Source: Elsinoe ampelina
Taxonomy: Eukaryota
Direction of reading: 5' to 3'
Assembly (NCBI GenBank): GCA_010093995.1
Contig: ML992502.1
Coordinates: 861,001-925,000 of the forward strand
Length of the DNA stretch: 64,000 nucleotides
Shown one piece after another: positions 20,830-33,243 of this stretch. The notes under the pieces were generated by a model. The model did no database searches and was not told where the DNA came from. It saw nothing but the letters and a program-made list of their open reading frames with translations. Position 1 is the stretch's first letter. Every line of letters starts with the position of its first letter. Both the position numbers and the translations under genes were made by a program.

Positions 20830-22925
20830 ATGGTCGAAATGAGGCAGGACGAATACCCCCGGCCAGATTTTGTGCGCGAGGACCTCATATGGGAGTCTCT
20901 GAATGGACCGTGGGATTTCCTATTCGACGATGAAGATGTTGGACTATCTCAGCAATGGCACTCGAAGGGTGTTCCGAGCAGTGTCACCGTCGCAGCCCCT
21001 GATGCTGCTGGAGACCATTCCGAAGCAGAGACCATCACCCAGAAAATCGCTGGAGGCACACAAGAGTTTCTAAAGAGCAATATCTTTCAACGAGATGCCG
21101 CGAAGAAGACCAACGAGAAATGCAAGATCACCGTACCTTTCGTATACCAGACGGTGGCTTCTGGCATTAATGAGCAAGGAGCCCACGAAGTGCTCTGGTA
21201 CGAAAGAACCATTTCAGATATCAGAGATTCCCAGAAGGACCCACAACGCCTTCTACTTCGCTTCGGTGCTGTCGACTACGAGGCTACTGTCTGGGTCAAT
21301 GGCCACTACGTTGGTGAACATCAGGGCGGCCATGTACCGTTCGACCTTGATATTACTGACGCTGTGGAGGTCAATCCCAGCCATGCTCGGCTGACCGTTC
21401 GAGTAAGAGACTCGACCTACGATCTCACACAGCCACGAGGTAAGCAGTACTGGGGAGCTAAGCCGGAGAGCATCTTCTACACACCATCAAGTGGCATCTG
21501 GCAGAACGTGTGGTTGGAAGCGGTGCCACCTGCTCGTATCGCAGATTCCAGTCACGGTCTTGTCCTCCGCGCCAACAACATTGGGACCGGCGAGCTTGAG
21601 GCCGAGATCGCCATCCTGGGTCGACGATCTGGCGAAAAGCTGTCAGTAGAGTTGTCAGCATCCTTCGCGGGTGTGCACATCTCCTCCCAAACCAAACCTC
21701 TACCACGCGAGGTAGACACCGTCAACTTCTCGCTCCCACTACACATATCCTCCAAGGGCCAAGAAAAACTACCAGCGTCCGCAAAATCCTCCCTCTCCGA
21801 CCCTGTCTCCTTCACTTCCTCCCTCTTCCTCTGGTCTCCCACTCACCCCAATCTCTACGATCTCACCATCCGCCTCCTCTCCCCCCTCTCCCCCTCTCCC
21901 CCACTCCCCTCGACACCATCACCACCACGACCGGCATCCGCTCCCTCACCTGGCTCTCCACCCCCAGCACCTTCCTCCTCAACTCCCGCCCCCTCTTCCA
22001 ACGCCTCTGCCTCGACCAAGGCTACTGGTCTTCCACCGGCATGACACCCCCGTCCCAGTCCGCGTTGAAAACCGACATCCTCCTCGCGCAAGCAATGGGC
22101 TTCAACGGCTGCCGCAAACACGCCAAACTCGAAGACCCTGCCTTCCTGCACTGGGCGGACCGTCTCGGCTTCCTCGTCTGGAGCGAAATGGCAAACGCCT
22201 ACAAGTTCTCGACGACGTACATGCAGCGCTTCGACGACGAGTGGACGGCCGCCGTGCGGAGGGACAGGAACCATCCGTCTATCGTGGCGTGGACGCCGGT
22301 GAATGAGAGCTGGGGGTACACTGATCTCGCGGGCAACGTGGAGCAGAGAGCGCATATCAGGTCGTTGATTGCGTTGACGAGAGCGCTGGATCCCACCAGG
22401 CCGGTGAATGATAATTGCGGGTGGGAGCATGTCGGGGATGAGATGACGACTTTTCATGATTATGCGGATGCCGAGGCGTTGGGGAAGACGTGTGGTAGTT
22501 TGGAGGGGGTGTTGGGGGAGAAGGCGGGGAGGCAGGTGTTTTGCATGGAGATCACGGATGGGCAGGGGAGGGTGGTGGATGAGGGAGCGAGGCATAGGGA
22601 GGGGGCGCCGGTGTTGTGTACTGAGATGGGTGGTGTGAATGTGGCGAAGAAGGAGGGGGGAGGGGAGGCGAGGGATTGGGGGTATACGACGGCCAAGGAT
22701 GCGGGGGATTTGTTGAGGCGGGTGGAGAGGTTGGTTATGGCTGCTGTGGGAGGGGGGGTGTTGTGTGGGTTTGTGTGGACGCAGTTGACGGATATTGAGC
22801 AGGAGACGAACGGGGTGTATGATATTGACAGGACGGAGAAGTTGGAAGCGGGCAAGGTGAAGGAGATCATGGAGAGAGCAGAGAAGTTGTATTTCGAGCT
22901 GCTTGATAAGCGGCTAGCGAGCTAG
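20830..22925 (+). CDS. Glycoside hydrolase family 2 with one apparent frameshift near 21876-21910
   Basis: YPRPDF, LNGPWDF, FGAVDY, RGKQYW, GIWQNVWLE; then in a second frame DQGYW, RNHPSIVAWTPVNESWG, TEMGG and WTQLTDIEQETNG. Confidence 0.88.
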
Positions 22926-22980
22926 ATGGAGTGGAGAAGTGCTGGTCAAGTGCGTACATGGCTGCTGGTCTGGAGAGGGA

Positions 22981-24363
22981 CTACGGCCGTCTGAACAGTG
23001 CGGCGACATCTACACTATCGTCATGACACCAGCGGGCAATGTCGAGTATAACAGCTTCATCCACATTTCCAAGAGTCTCGCATTCTAGCGGAGTCGAAGG
23101 GCTCATGCCAGAGATGAAGAGATGGTTCAAGTCTTCGTATGAGATACACTTGAGCAGGGGATTGTCCTTCGCCAAGTCGATGAAAGTGTCAACGTCCTCC
23201 CTAGTGACCTGATAATCTCGACCTCCTTGCAAGCAGAAGACTGGCTTTCGACAAGACGTTATGTCCTGCAAGGGATTGTAGTTTCGACAATCTAGCCAGT
23301 AAGCAGGACCAAGACCGAAAGGCAGGTCTTTCGGAGATGTTGTGCCGGTCAAGTGAGGTGAATCTGCCAGCTCTGCTTGCTTACGCAATTCTTCTATTTG
23401 CGGTTGAACCTGTTGTCCTGATGGGTCGTCCATGGCGGCAAAGTACTCGAACTGCTTGATGGCGGAATGGTAGATCGGTCTGATGGGGCATGCTAAGAGG
23501 ACGCATTTGCGGATGCTGTCGTCCATGCTGGCCAGCTTCGCCGTGATGTAGGCGCCTAGGCTGTGGCCTACAAGGACGATCGTCTCGTCATTCACGTGCG
23601 GGTGCCGTCCAGCGTGGCGGACAGCGGCGAGTGCGTGTGGAACGTATTCTTCGGTAAGGGTAAAGCCTTTCCTGTTACGGATACTTATGCCATGGGCGAA
23701 GGTGACCTTCTCGAACCTTATACTTGCTACATTGCATTTGGCCAGGCCAACCGACAGATCTTTCAGTGGCTTATTGGGGCCTACGGTGGAGTCGACATCA
23801 CATGGGCCTGAGCCAGATAGAATGATGGTACATGGATACTGCTGCGTCGTCGTGGGAGTAGTCATGACAGCCTTGACTTTGTAGCCCCCAGCATCCAATG
23901 CGAGATGTTCTTCCTTATACAGTGTCGGGCTATCATACAGCGGTGCTTGCCATTTGGGCCCCAGACCCAGAGTGTGCTCTGGGTGGACTCGGAAACCGAT
24001 GAGACCACCTCCAGACGGTAGCATAGTTATCCTTGCTGCTAACCGGGCGCGTTTGAATTGCATAGGCAAAATGACAGTAGTCGTCCACCATCCTTGCGTG
24101 ATGACTGGGTCTTCAACGTCGACCAAAGGTCCTGCAGTGAGTCTGATGAAGTCGAATCCTTTCGCAAAAAGACTATCCAGTAGTAGCCGTCTCAGTGGAG
24201 CTACAAAACGTTGCCGTATGAATGGCCAATCTTCGATGCGTAGTGCATGCGCAATGCTTGTTGCCTGTCGCCGGTCGAGGCCATTGTCCACCTCACGAGA
24301 TGCGCTGGCAGTGGTATTTCCTGCATAGAATCCCGCAAATAGATCTAGAAACCACTCCCACAT
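22981..24363 (-). CDS. Alpha/beta-hydrolase (serine aminopeptidase S33-like) with N-terminal extra domain
   Basis: GSGPCD, nucleophile GHSLG, QGGRDYQV (Asp), LNHLF (His). Intronless, 460 aa. Confidence 0.85.
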   Translation of the reverse strand: MWEWFLDLFAGFYAGNTTASASREVDNGLDRRQATSIAHALRIEDWPFIRQRFVAPLRRLLLDSLFAKGFDFIRLTAGPLVDVEDPVITQGWWTTTVILPMQFKRARLAARITMLPSGGGLIGFRVHPEHTLGLGPKWQAPLYDSPTLYKEEHLALDAGGYKVKAVMTTPTTTQQYPCTIILSGSGPCDVDSTVGPNKPLKDLSVGLAKCNVASIRFEKVTFAHGISIRNRKGFTLTEEYVPHALAAVRHAGRHPHVNDETIVLVGHSLGAYITAKLASMDDSIRKCVLLACPIRPIYHSAIKQFEYFAAMDDPSGQQVQPQIEELRKQAELADSPHLTGTTSPKDLPFGLGPAYWLDCRNYNPLQDITSCRKPVFCLQGGRDYQVTREDVDTFIDLAKDNPLLKCISYEDLNHLFISGMSPSTPLECETLGNVDEAVILDIARWCHDDSVDVAALFRRP

Positions 24364-25548
24364 CGTCTTCGAACGGTACGAGCACTGAACTTACTATTGC
24401 AAACAAACCTGCTCGTACCCCAGGACCAATTCTCACACGAGTGCTAGGAGCTGCGCTGCTGACGGACCCGCTTAGCAGGTCGCAAAAGATGAGAACCAAA
24501 GTGGGTACAGCGTAGAAGGGTCAGAATTGCTTGCCTAAACTTCTGCTTCTGGAAGGTGTTCTGTGCCGTCTATAGGCTCCGCCACGACGACGTAAAAACT
24601 TGGGCAGCGTGAGTTCCATTCGAATATCATGGCTCTAATTTGCTGGAACGTAAGAGCACACTGATTTGTCTCAAAGTACATGGCGTGATCTATCCCACCG
24701 TTGCGACCTGCTGTAAGAATCACAGATCCATCATGCGGGGATCCTTGGACCCAGCAGAACGGGAACCGGGGGAGCTATTTTGTCATCCGAAGGAGCCGCG
24801 AGGCGGCGAGGGTTCGGCGAATGTTGAGACAGCTTGACACTTTGGAAAATGCAAGAAGAGAGGGGCGGGAACGCGTGCTCGCATCGGACAGTCACAAACG
24901 GCACGTGTGGCGGTGACGCTGCGCGTGGCTGTGCATTCCATCTTTTCCCGCCCTTCGTCGTTGACGGCTCACTGTGAGACCACATTGCGGAATAGCATAC
25001 AACGCATCTGGATGATACTGTTGAAGGGTGATGATGGTGAAGGATCGGATGATGCTTGCAAAGATGCTTGGAAGTGAGGAATCCTTATCGAATGCTTCCA
25101 TGAACGACAAGAATCATGGCGAACACACGTCTTCCTAATCGGGATTGGCGCCTGCAGCACTTCCCGTGTGAGAATGCTTGGAAACGCAAGGATATATCCT
25201 GGTGAAATGACAATTGATTCTGTTCTTTCGCACAAGTCAAAGGGAGAGACTTCTCTTTCATTCAACAACACATCCCACAATTCACATCTACCAATTTCAC
25301 CATCAAAATACAAGTCCAATTCCACAGAAAGATCAGATAAACCTGCCAACACTCGCCACGGCCGGTTAAGACGTCCGGTGTGGCTTGGCAGCGTACGACG
25401 ATTACGCTTATCCAATCGGCCTTTAGTCCCGCCTCGACGCGACCCGCTCTCTGGCATCTGCCAACATCAACCTCAAGATCCCTCGCTCTCATTCACTTTC
25501 TTCTTCCAACAACTCTTTCACACATCCGTTGTGATACCCCTTACGCCG

Positions 25549-27987
25549 ATGGGAGAAGCCTCTGACGATCCTGATATATCGAACCGTGTACGTTCCTGGG
25601 TAAAGAAAGCCATCCCTGGGAATACGGATGCGGCACTCCCGACACATGATCGCAACCAGCCCGCCCTAAACACCTCGGAAAAGGCAAAGAATCACAATGG
25701 TGACCATACTGGACCTACAACCTATGGTCCAGGTCAGGAGAAGCATGATGGAGGACACACTGGGGCACCGATCGGTGCTCAGGGTATCGAAACCCATCGC
25801 AGACCTGTTGACGACATCGACAATGGCCTCCCTCCTCCCGCTCCACCTCCGACGGAGTCGAAGGACGAGGGAACGTCAGATTCCTCCGTAAAGTCTAACG
25901 ACAAGAAAGGTCCCCTCAAACAACGCATGATAGCTGGCAGTATTAGATTCGCCAAACACACCAAAAAGGCCTTGACTCACAGTTGGATCAATGTACTACT
26001 CATCATGGTACCCGTTGGTATCGCTATGGATGTCACTGGTCAGAGTCCAACAGTCATCTTCGCGATCAATGCAGTAGCTATCATTCCTCTGGCTGGACTT
26101 TTGGTCTACGCCACTGAGAGCGTCGCGAGACGTGTCGGTGATACACTTGGAGCTCTTCTCAACGTCTCCTTCGGTAACGCGGTCGAACTTATCATCTACA
26201 TTATTGCCCTCACAAAGGGAGAAGTCCGAATCGTTCAGGCATCTCTGCTGGGCTCTCTGTTGTCCAACTTGCTGCTGATTATGGGCATGGCTTTCCTTCT
26301 TGGTGGCCTTCGCTTCCAGGAACAGGTCTACAACAACACGGTGACACAGATGAGTGCCTGTCTGCTCAGTTTGAGTGTTGGCAGTCTCCTACTCCCGACT
26401 GCTTTCCACGCATCATTCTCGGACAAGCTTGATGCCGACGACAAGACACTCAAGATCAGCCGTGCCACCAGTATCGTCCTCCTCATCGTTTACGTCCTGT
26501 ACCTGCTGTTCCAGCTCAAGTCGCACTCCTATTTGTACGAAAGCACACCTCAGCATGTCATCGACGAGGAGTCTCATCCAGGCATCTTGAACGACATCTT
26601 CGACACATCAAGCTCTTCCGACTCGTCTAGCAGTTCGTCCTCTAGCGACAGTGACACCTCTGGTTCTCACACCACAACGAAGCGCATCAAGCGAGCTTTC
26701 CGCCACCGTCGTCGTCGTAAGTCTAGCGCCAGCTCGACCAACACGACATCGGTCCCGTCGATCATCAGCTCGCCGTCATTCGAGAGGACTCCCAGTGTCG
26801 CCGATCCATCGCCCATGACATTTCATCCTCCCTCTCGTCGCCCATCTGCTCTCGCAAACCTTGGTAGTGGCGACGAGGCCGACAATGAGCGTGGTGGACG
26901 CGGCGGGCAACCTCGTATCCGCGACTTTGTCGAAAGTCTCCAGGAAGATGTCAAGAAAGACAAGTCTCGCAAAAAGATGAGAAAGCACCACAGGAAGCAT
27001 CGCAAGAATCTCCTTGACGAGAAAGTACCCGAAGAAACCACTCCACCTCACAAGCAGGGCAAGAGGCCTTCCGACGAGAAATTGGCTCTCGGTGCCCCTC
27101 GTGTCAACATCTCAGACGACATCCAGATGGTCGAGCTCGATAATAGCACGACCCCTAGAAGGGGCATCGCTTGGAGCGGGCAATCTCTACGTCCCGCACT
27201 TCCCAAGATGCTTACCCAGAACGTCTTCATGACTGCACCACCTACCAACATCGGAAAGTCACCAAGCCCTAGTCCAGCTCCCAATCGTGTCGGTGGAGGC
27301 GTCCTTCGCCGTACCAGCTCGCTGCCCGACCGTCTCAACCGCCGTGCTGTCTCTCCCATGCCACGACAGGATGCCATCTACCCTCACTCTCACCCCGCCG
27401 TTCAGGCATCAAAGAAGGAAGACGACGACGAAGAGGAAGAGGTCATGTCGCTTACTGCTTCCGGTATGCTGCTACTGATCACCACTGGACTTGTCGCTGT
27501 CTGTGCCGAATTCCTGGTCGGCGCCATCCCCGGTATGATCGCAGCGTCCGATGTCAGCCAGGAGTTTATCGGTCTCATCATCCTGCCGGTTGTCTCCAAT
27601 GCTGCAGAGCACTTCACCGCCGTCACAGTCGCCACAAAAAACAAAATGGATTTGTCTATTGGTGTCTCTCTTGGCAGCAGTATTCAGATTGCACTGTTCG
27701 TGACGCCCTTCATCGTACTCCTCGGCTGGATCATCGGTCAACCCATGACCTTGTTCTTCAACCTCTTCGAGACCTTGGCCATCTTCGTCACTGTCTTTGT
27801 CGTCAACTTCTTGGTTCTTGACGGACGCAGCAACTACCTCGAAGGCAGCTTGCTCTGCGCTGCATACACCATCATTGCGTAAGTTCCGCTTGGCTTGAGC
27901 ACAATGCATAAGCTAATACATCACAGTGTCGCGTCATTCTACTACCCCGATGAAGAAGGTCAAAGCACCATCGTCGGTGGCAGCTAA
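25549..27987 (+). CDS. Ca2+/H+ exchanger (CAX/Vcx1 family) with long cytosolic loop
   Basis: Alpha repeats GNAVE and SNAAEH, GSSIQIAL, DGRSNYLEG. One intron 27879-27926. Start chosen at ATG 25549. Confidence 0.92.
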
Positions 27988-28422
27988 GCTGCCCCACCTC
28001 TCCTTCTATAACCTCACCAGACTGTCAACCTTGCTTTCCGCACTTGTAACGCCGGCTATGAAAAAGGTACGAAATACAGACTAGCTCACACGAGCGATTC
28101 AGAAAAACGGCCAGATCGACCTGCATGTCACACGCAGCCCCCCAGCATGATTGAATTGCTTCCGCGCCCTCTCTGATTCCACGATCGAGAGACACGCTTC
28201 TCGCTTTCTTGTAACTAAAGATACCAACTTTTCGACTGCGAGACCTAGCTTTGACTAAGTCACCCCCTGCAGTAGTACCCATCAGCCTGCATCAGAGATG
28301 TAGGGCTCAAAGGCGGAATACATTCACTCTTTGCAAATTGCCAGTTCCTCGTGACATGATGTACAAGTCCTCGATTCAGTTTTTCCTACAAATGCTCTAA
28401 TCATCCCCCGTCCTGTCTATCC

Positions 28423-30255
28423 CTACAACTCATCCCTCACCTGTCCCCCTACCCCCTCTGCACTGCCCGCCTCACTCCACCCACACACGGCCGGCGTCCC
28501 CACCTCCATGCGGTAAACACACTTCTCCTCCTCCGTGACCTTCCAAATCTCCTCCTTCTCCGCGCAAGCCATCACCACCATCGTCGACCGGTTGGGTCCA
28601 TTCCAGCAGTGCTGCCCGTTCTCGAACTTCATGGCCAACCTCCTGCCGGAACCTAGACCTTTGCCGTCGGCTTTGATCTCGTCGTCCACATCCACGACTT
28701 GGAACGAAGCGAAATTCCCCATGCCTGTATTGCCGCCGCCCTTTTTGGGTTTCTGCGTGGTGGATCCCATGTAGCACATTTCGTACGTGTACTCGCCGCT
28801 GTCTTGGGAGATGCAGGACTTGGCGAGCGAGCGGAAGACGTCGTTTTGGCCGTAGTCTTTGGTGAGGTCGGAGCGGTGGTTGTCGAGGTTGGATTTGAGG
28901 TCGCGGAGGGAGTTCTCGGCGGTGGTGACGGCGGTGCGGGCGTCGGTGACGGCTTTGCTTTCCGAGGTCGAGGGGGTGTCGAGGGGCGAGGCGAGGATGC
29001 CATTGTCGATGAGGGTCTGGCGGAGGGTGCGGAGTTGGGTGTCGACCCAGTCGCGGAGGGAGGATGGGAGGTAGGCTTCGAAGGAGTAGACTGGGGGGGT
29101 TTAGATGGATTGGGAGAGGGAGGGGTAAAAGACTTACGGAGATCGAGCTCGGGGTTCTCGGGCTCGGTCGCAGTCAGGAATGAGTCCCAGTCGAAGCCAG
29201 AGTCTTCATCGGATTTGGTGATCTCGTCGAGGTCGCGGTCATGGGCGGCGTCGGAGATGGAGGTCTTGTCTCTTGCTGCATAGTCTTCCCAAGCTCTGAC
29301 GGCACGCTTCACACCTTCGTCGTTGAAGTTGGGATTGTACTCATCCTTGAAGGTTGTAAGGAGCTGTTCGAGCTCTTCTAGACGAGTCTTGGCCACATCA
29401 CGCTCTTCCCGTACGCGAACCAGGTTGTCTCTGAGCTCCTGTGATCGCTGCTTTGCCTGGTTGACCAGGAGGGCTACTTCGCCAGCCTTTCCCCCTGACT
29501 TGGCCATTCTACCCCTTTCACGCTTCTCCGTCTCCTTGAGGGTATCCTGAGCTTGCTTCACGCTGACTTCTGCAGCAGTGATCTGTGTTTCGAGATTCTT
29601 GATCTCATCCTCGGCCTCCTTCCTCAACTTCGCAGCCTCTGTTACCAGCTCCTTTCTCCTCGCACGAGCTGCGCTTAACGTCTTTTGCCTCGTCTCGGCT
29701 TGCCTTCTGAACTCCTTGCCTATCGAAGCACACTTGTCTGCGCATTTGACCAATCCCTCGTACTCGTCGCTACCATCGCAGCAGAGATCATAATCGCACT
29801 TGCCATCGTTGACAGCGGTGAAAGGTAGATATGATGGTTGATGACCCTTGTTTTTGCAGTAGAAGCCAGGCAATGCTATCGTAGCATTGATTGTGTCCGC
29901 AATGCTTGAATCTGCTGGAGATGAAGGAGACAGGGGCGATAAGGAAGCACAAGCCGCTGTGCCTGGCTCGTCTGATCCATCTGGACAATCGCAAAAGTCG
30001 TCATTGACGCGGTCAAATGGCAGCTTGATCGAGGGGTTGGAGATGCAAGTGAATGTCTCCGTATCTTTGTAGAACTTTGCAACTGTAAATTCGTCGGTCA
30101 GCAATGCTCCAGCGTTCTAGAGGACAGGCAAGGGTAAGATGGAAATGCTCAGGGAAAGCCGTACAGTCTGGCCCTACACCTCGTGGGCGGGATGAATCTG
30201 AAGCTGCATATACAATTGAGGCTGCCAGACACAATAAAGGACCGGTTTGCCTCAT
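28423..30255 (-). CDS. GTB1: Glucosidase II beta subunit
   Basis: Signal peptide, RPRGVGP, VNDDFCDCPDGSDEPGT, MRH domain NGQHCWNGPNRS, C-terminal RDEL. Introns 30164-30083 and 29137-29091. Confidence 0.95.
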
Positions 30256-30667
30256 CTTGAAGCTGTGTATGATAGAGAGAGAAAGAAATATGATTCAAGG
30301 CTGTTGATCAAGCTCCGAACAACTGGCCGCGGGGGCCCAAAATGGAAACGCTTCACCTCCATCTGGCCCCTGAACTTCTTCTTTACCACCACTCTGATTG
30401 TTCGTCATGTTCACCGACACCATATCTTTGAAGGAACCTGTGGACGCTCCGTCCCGTGGCAATTGACACAGATCTCGCGGAGCAAAGTGGTGCAGCACCC
30501 CAGTATCGCCATGTTCGATATAGGCAGGAGCGAACCTAAGGTAGTTCATCCTCTGGCCATTCGACGATTGAGCCGCTCGAGACCCTCGGCACAATCCAGA
30601 GACCAGCTCACTGGCACCAAGGAAGTATGCTAATTTTCCTTTATCACTCAACTATCAATATCTCATA

Positions 30668-32444
30668 ATGTCTGCCCGGCCGATCCGCACATTCACACCT
30701 CCCCTAAACCAAGGCCGGGCTGGATCTTCTGATAGCTCGTCTTTGAAGTCTTTCCTCGACAAAGGCCCTGGAATTCCGATACCTCAAAGGCAGAACCTGA
30801 CCAGTAAGACTGCTCAGGTACAGAACTTTCATGTAGTAACCAAAGCCAGGTCCTGAACTCAAGTCTGCACTGTCAAAAAGTGCACCTACCACACCTGGAC
30901 CATCCAAGAAACATGCTCATTTCGACGATGTGAAGATAGAGCATCGTTACAGTCTTCATCGCACAATCACTGCTCCTTCGTCATTTGAAAGCACACCTAG
31001 TCTTCTAATTCCGGACATGCATGATTCTGCTCCGCAACATCTCGACCCGGTCAGTATGGAAGATTCACCACCACGATCCCCTGATGAGAGCTCCGACGCA
31101 GAAGAATCAGATGGCTCTACTAGTGGTTATATGGACGCTACCCATTCTCGGTCTCTTCTGAGACGGTCTAACACTGGCGATTCAATTCCGACTTCTACGA
31201 AGCATGTCATGACAAGGTGGTCGTCGGATCCCGAACAACGTACTATCAAGGTTCTATCTCAGCAAAATCACCATGATGTTGCGTCCCTGCTTCATCGCGA
31301 AGAGAGTGACTCGTCTCACTCAAGCAGATCCGTAACATCCTCGATCATCGGGGGCACTTTGCAACTCCCAGCGAGCATGATCAAACGGCCTGCAGAGTGT
31401 GCTACTACCCACGTGAGCATTCTGGCCAGAGCGCACTCGACGTCGGATACAGCGGACCCCGACTCTGTCGCTTTACTGGACACGAGACTCAGTCCACCCC
31501 CTCCACAATCTGTATATTCTCCAAGTGGCAGTTTTAAAGCTGCATAGGATGACGACATCACCACAGCGAGTGATACTTCACGTAGTGCCTCAGAGAAGGC
31601 ACTACGTAGAACGCCAACGAGGAGACAAGAGACTCATAGCCGTCACGACCTTGCTGCCGAGAAGGTCGATTCGAAGCTGACTGAATGGTCCAAGGAGGCC
31701 CGTGGCGGCGGATTTGAGCGTCGGTCTCCGGCCTTGAGGGCGCAAAAGCGAGATTCACGGCATCCGAGTGGCGACGAAGGTGTGCCAGGTCCACCCAACA
31801 CAGGTCGGTCGAGTTTGACGCCATCCCGTCCGGAATCTGCGTCGAGGAGTCTTGCAACAACACCTGGCTCGGATCCGCCTACGCCTACCTGGGTATTGAA
31901 GAGTGCGGAGACGAGATCAAGCTCGCCGGTACAGAGTCTTGACTATGGCACAATTAGCAACCTCACCAAGGGATTTCAGGCTATGTCTGACCGCGACAAG
32001 TTCCAGCTCCTTCCACGTGACTCTTTGGACGTGCACCGCAAGCATATCGAAGAACATCGCTCGGATCCTGCCAACCATCACTTGATCAACGCCAAAGACT
32101 CATTTCTGATCAACAAGAACAGATTCGAAAAGTATCCCAAATCAGGACGACTTCTACAGCCTACATTTTCCCGTCTGACTATTGGCGGCTTGTCACCGAT
32201 TCAGGACGCTTCTCCACCTGACCCTAGACAATACTTGACGAAGAGTCAGCGCGAGCCGAAACGACCTAGTCGGAATGGCACAACCATTGTGCCGGAAAGC
32301 AAGCCAATCATAGATGGACATCGGAAGGCTTAGAAGGCGGTCGCTACATCTGCAGAGATTCGCGGTCATCCTGATTCTGACCACGAATGTCCGATATGCT
32401 CGATCGAAAGGCCCAGGACAACAGCGCAGCGTCAAGTGACTTGA
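30668..32444 (+). CDS. Hypothetical Ser-rich protein with two in-frame TAG codons (31545-31547, 32331-32333)
   Basis: Exon 30668-30803, intron 30804-30849 (GTAAGA..CAG), then a single frame to TGA 32442-32444 broken only by two TAGs. C-terminal DHECPICSIERPR. Confidence 0.7.
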
Positions 32445-32624
32445 AGGGGTTTATCATTTTTAGCTCAATCATACATGTCCCAACCCTAGGAGTCCTGCAT
32501 GATGCAATTCCATATCCTCCACCTAGATAGATCCGAACGCCATCGCTTCCTACCTTCATGTCCGTTCGAAATGCGAACCCATTTTTCTGTTGACCCTTTT
32601 CCTGTCGCTCATGCGCATGCCCGT

Positions 32625-33002
32625 TCAGTCTACATCCACCCCCTTCTGCCTCAATTCCGACTTTGCTTGCTCAATCTCGCCCATCAACTCCTTATACGCA
32701 TTCGGAACGTCGTTGAAGGTGAAGACTCCGTAGCCAAGCTTGAACAGGAGGTATGCGCCGAATGAGACAATGGCCCAGACAGGCAGCTGAGCAGATTAGT
32801 GGTGACATGGAGTGAGCTTCGCATTTGTGACTCACTACTGGGATGATCTCCTGCTCGATCACGGCTGGCAGTGGCACGTAGCCGAGGAAGAGTGCTGCAT
32901 ATATCTATTGGCAGTTAGTGGATGGTCGAGTCAGGAGAAGCTGCGATGTCGTACCGAGGAGAGGAGGACGAAAAGGGATATCGATTGTGTGGCTTTCGTC
33001 AT
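32625..33002 (-). CDS. DPM3: Dolichol-phosphate mannosyltransferase subunit 3
   Basis: Introns 32954-32905 and 32835-32787. Spliced product MTKATQ..LPVWAIVSFGAYLLFKLGYGVFTFNDVPNAYKELMGEIEQAKSELRQKGVDVD. Not seen as one ORF in the track. Confidence 0.93.
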
Positions 33003-33243
33003 GATGGTGGTTGAGCTTGCGGATTGTATAGACAGGTTGTCAGAATTCAATGGCTCGATGTCGTGGCAGAATACTATGATCGGGAGCTGCCAGATGCACA
33101 GCTTCACGTTGCTCCTGCGGCTCTCGCGGCTAACGCGTCTAAGCATACCACATCTCACAAGCAGGAGCCGTCCCAACAACAGTCAGCTTTACTTCCGACA
33201 TAGATATCATGTTCATTTTATGACCGAGAAAAGTGTCTAACTC

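Noticed and set aside
28653..29137. Apparent frameshift in GTB1
   Set aside because: Resolved by a normal GT-AG intron at 29137-29091.
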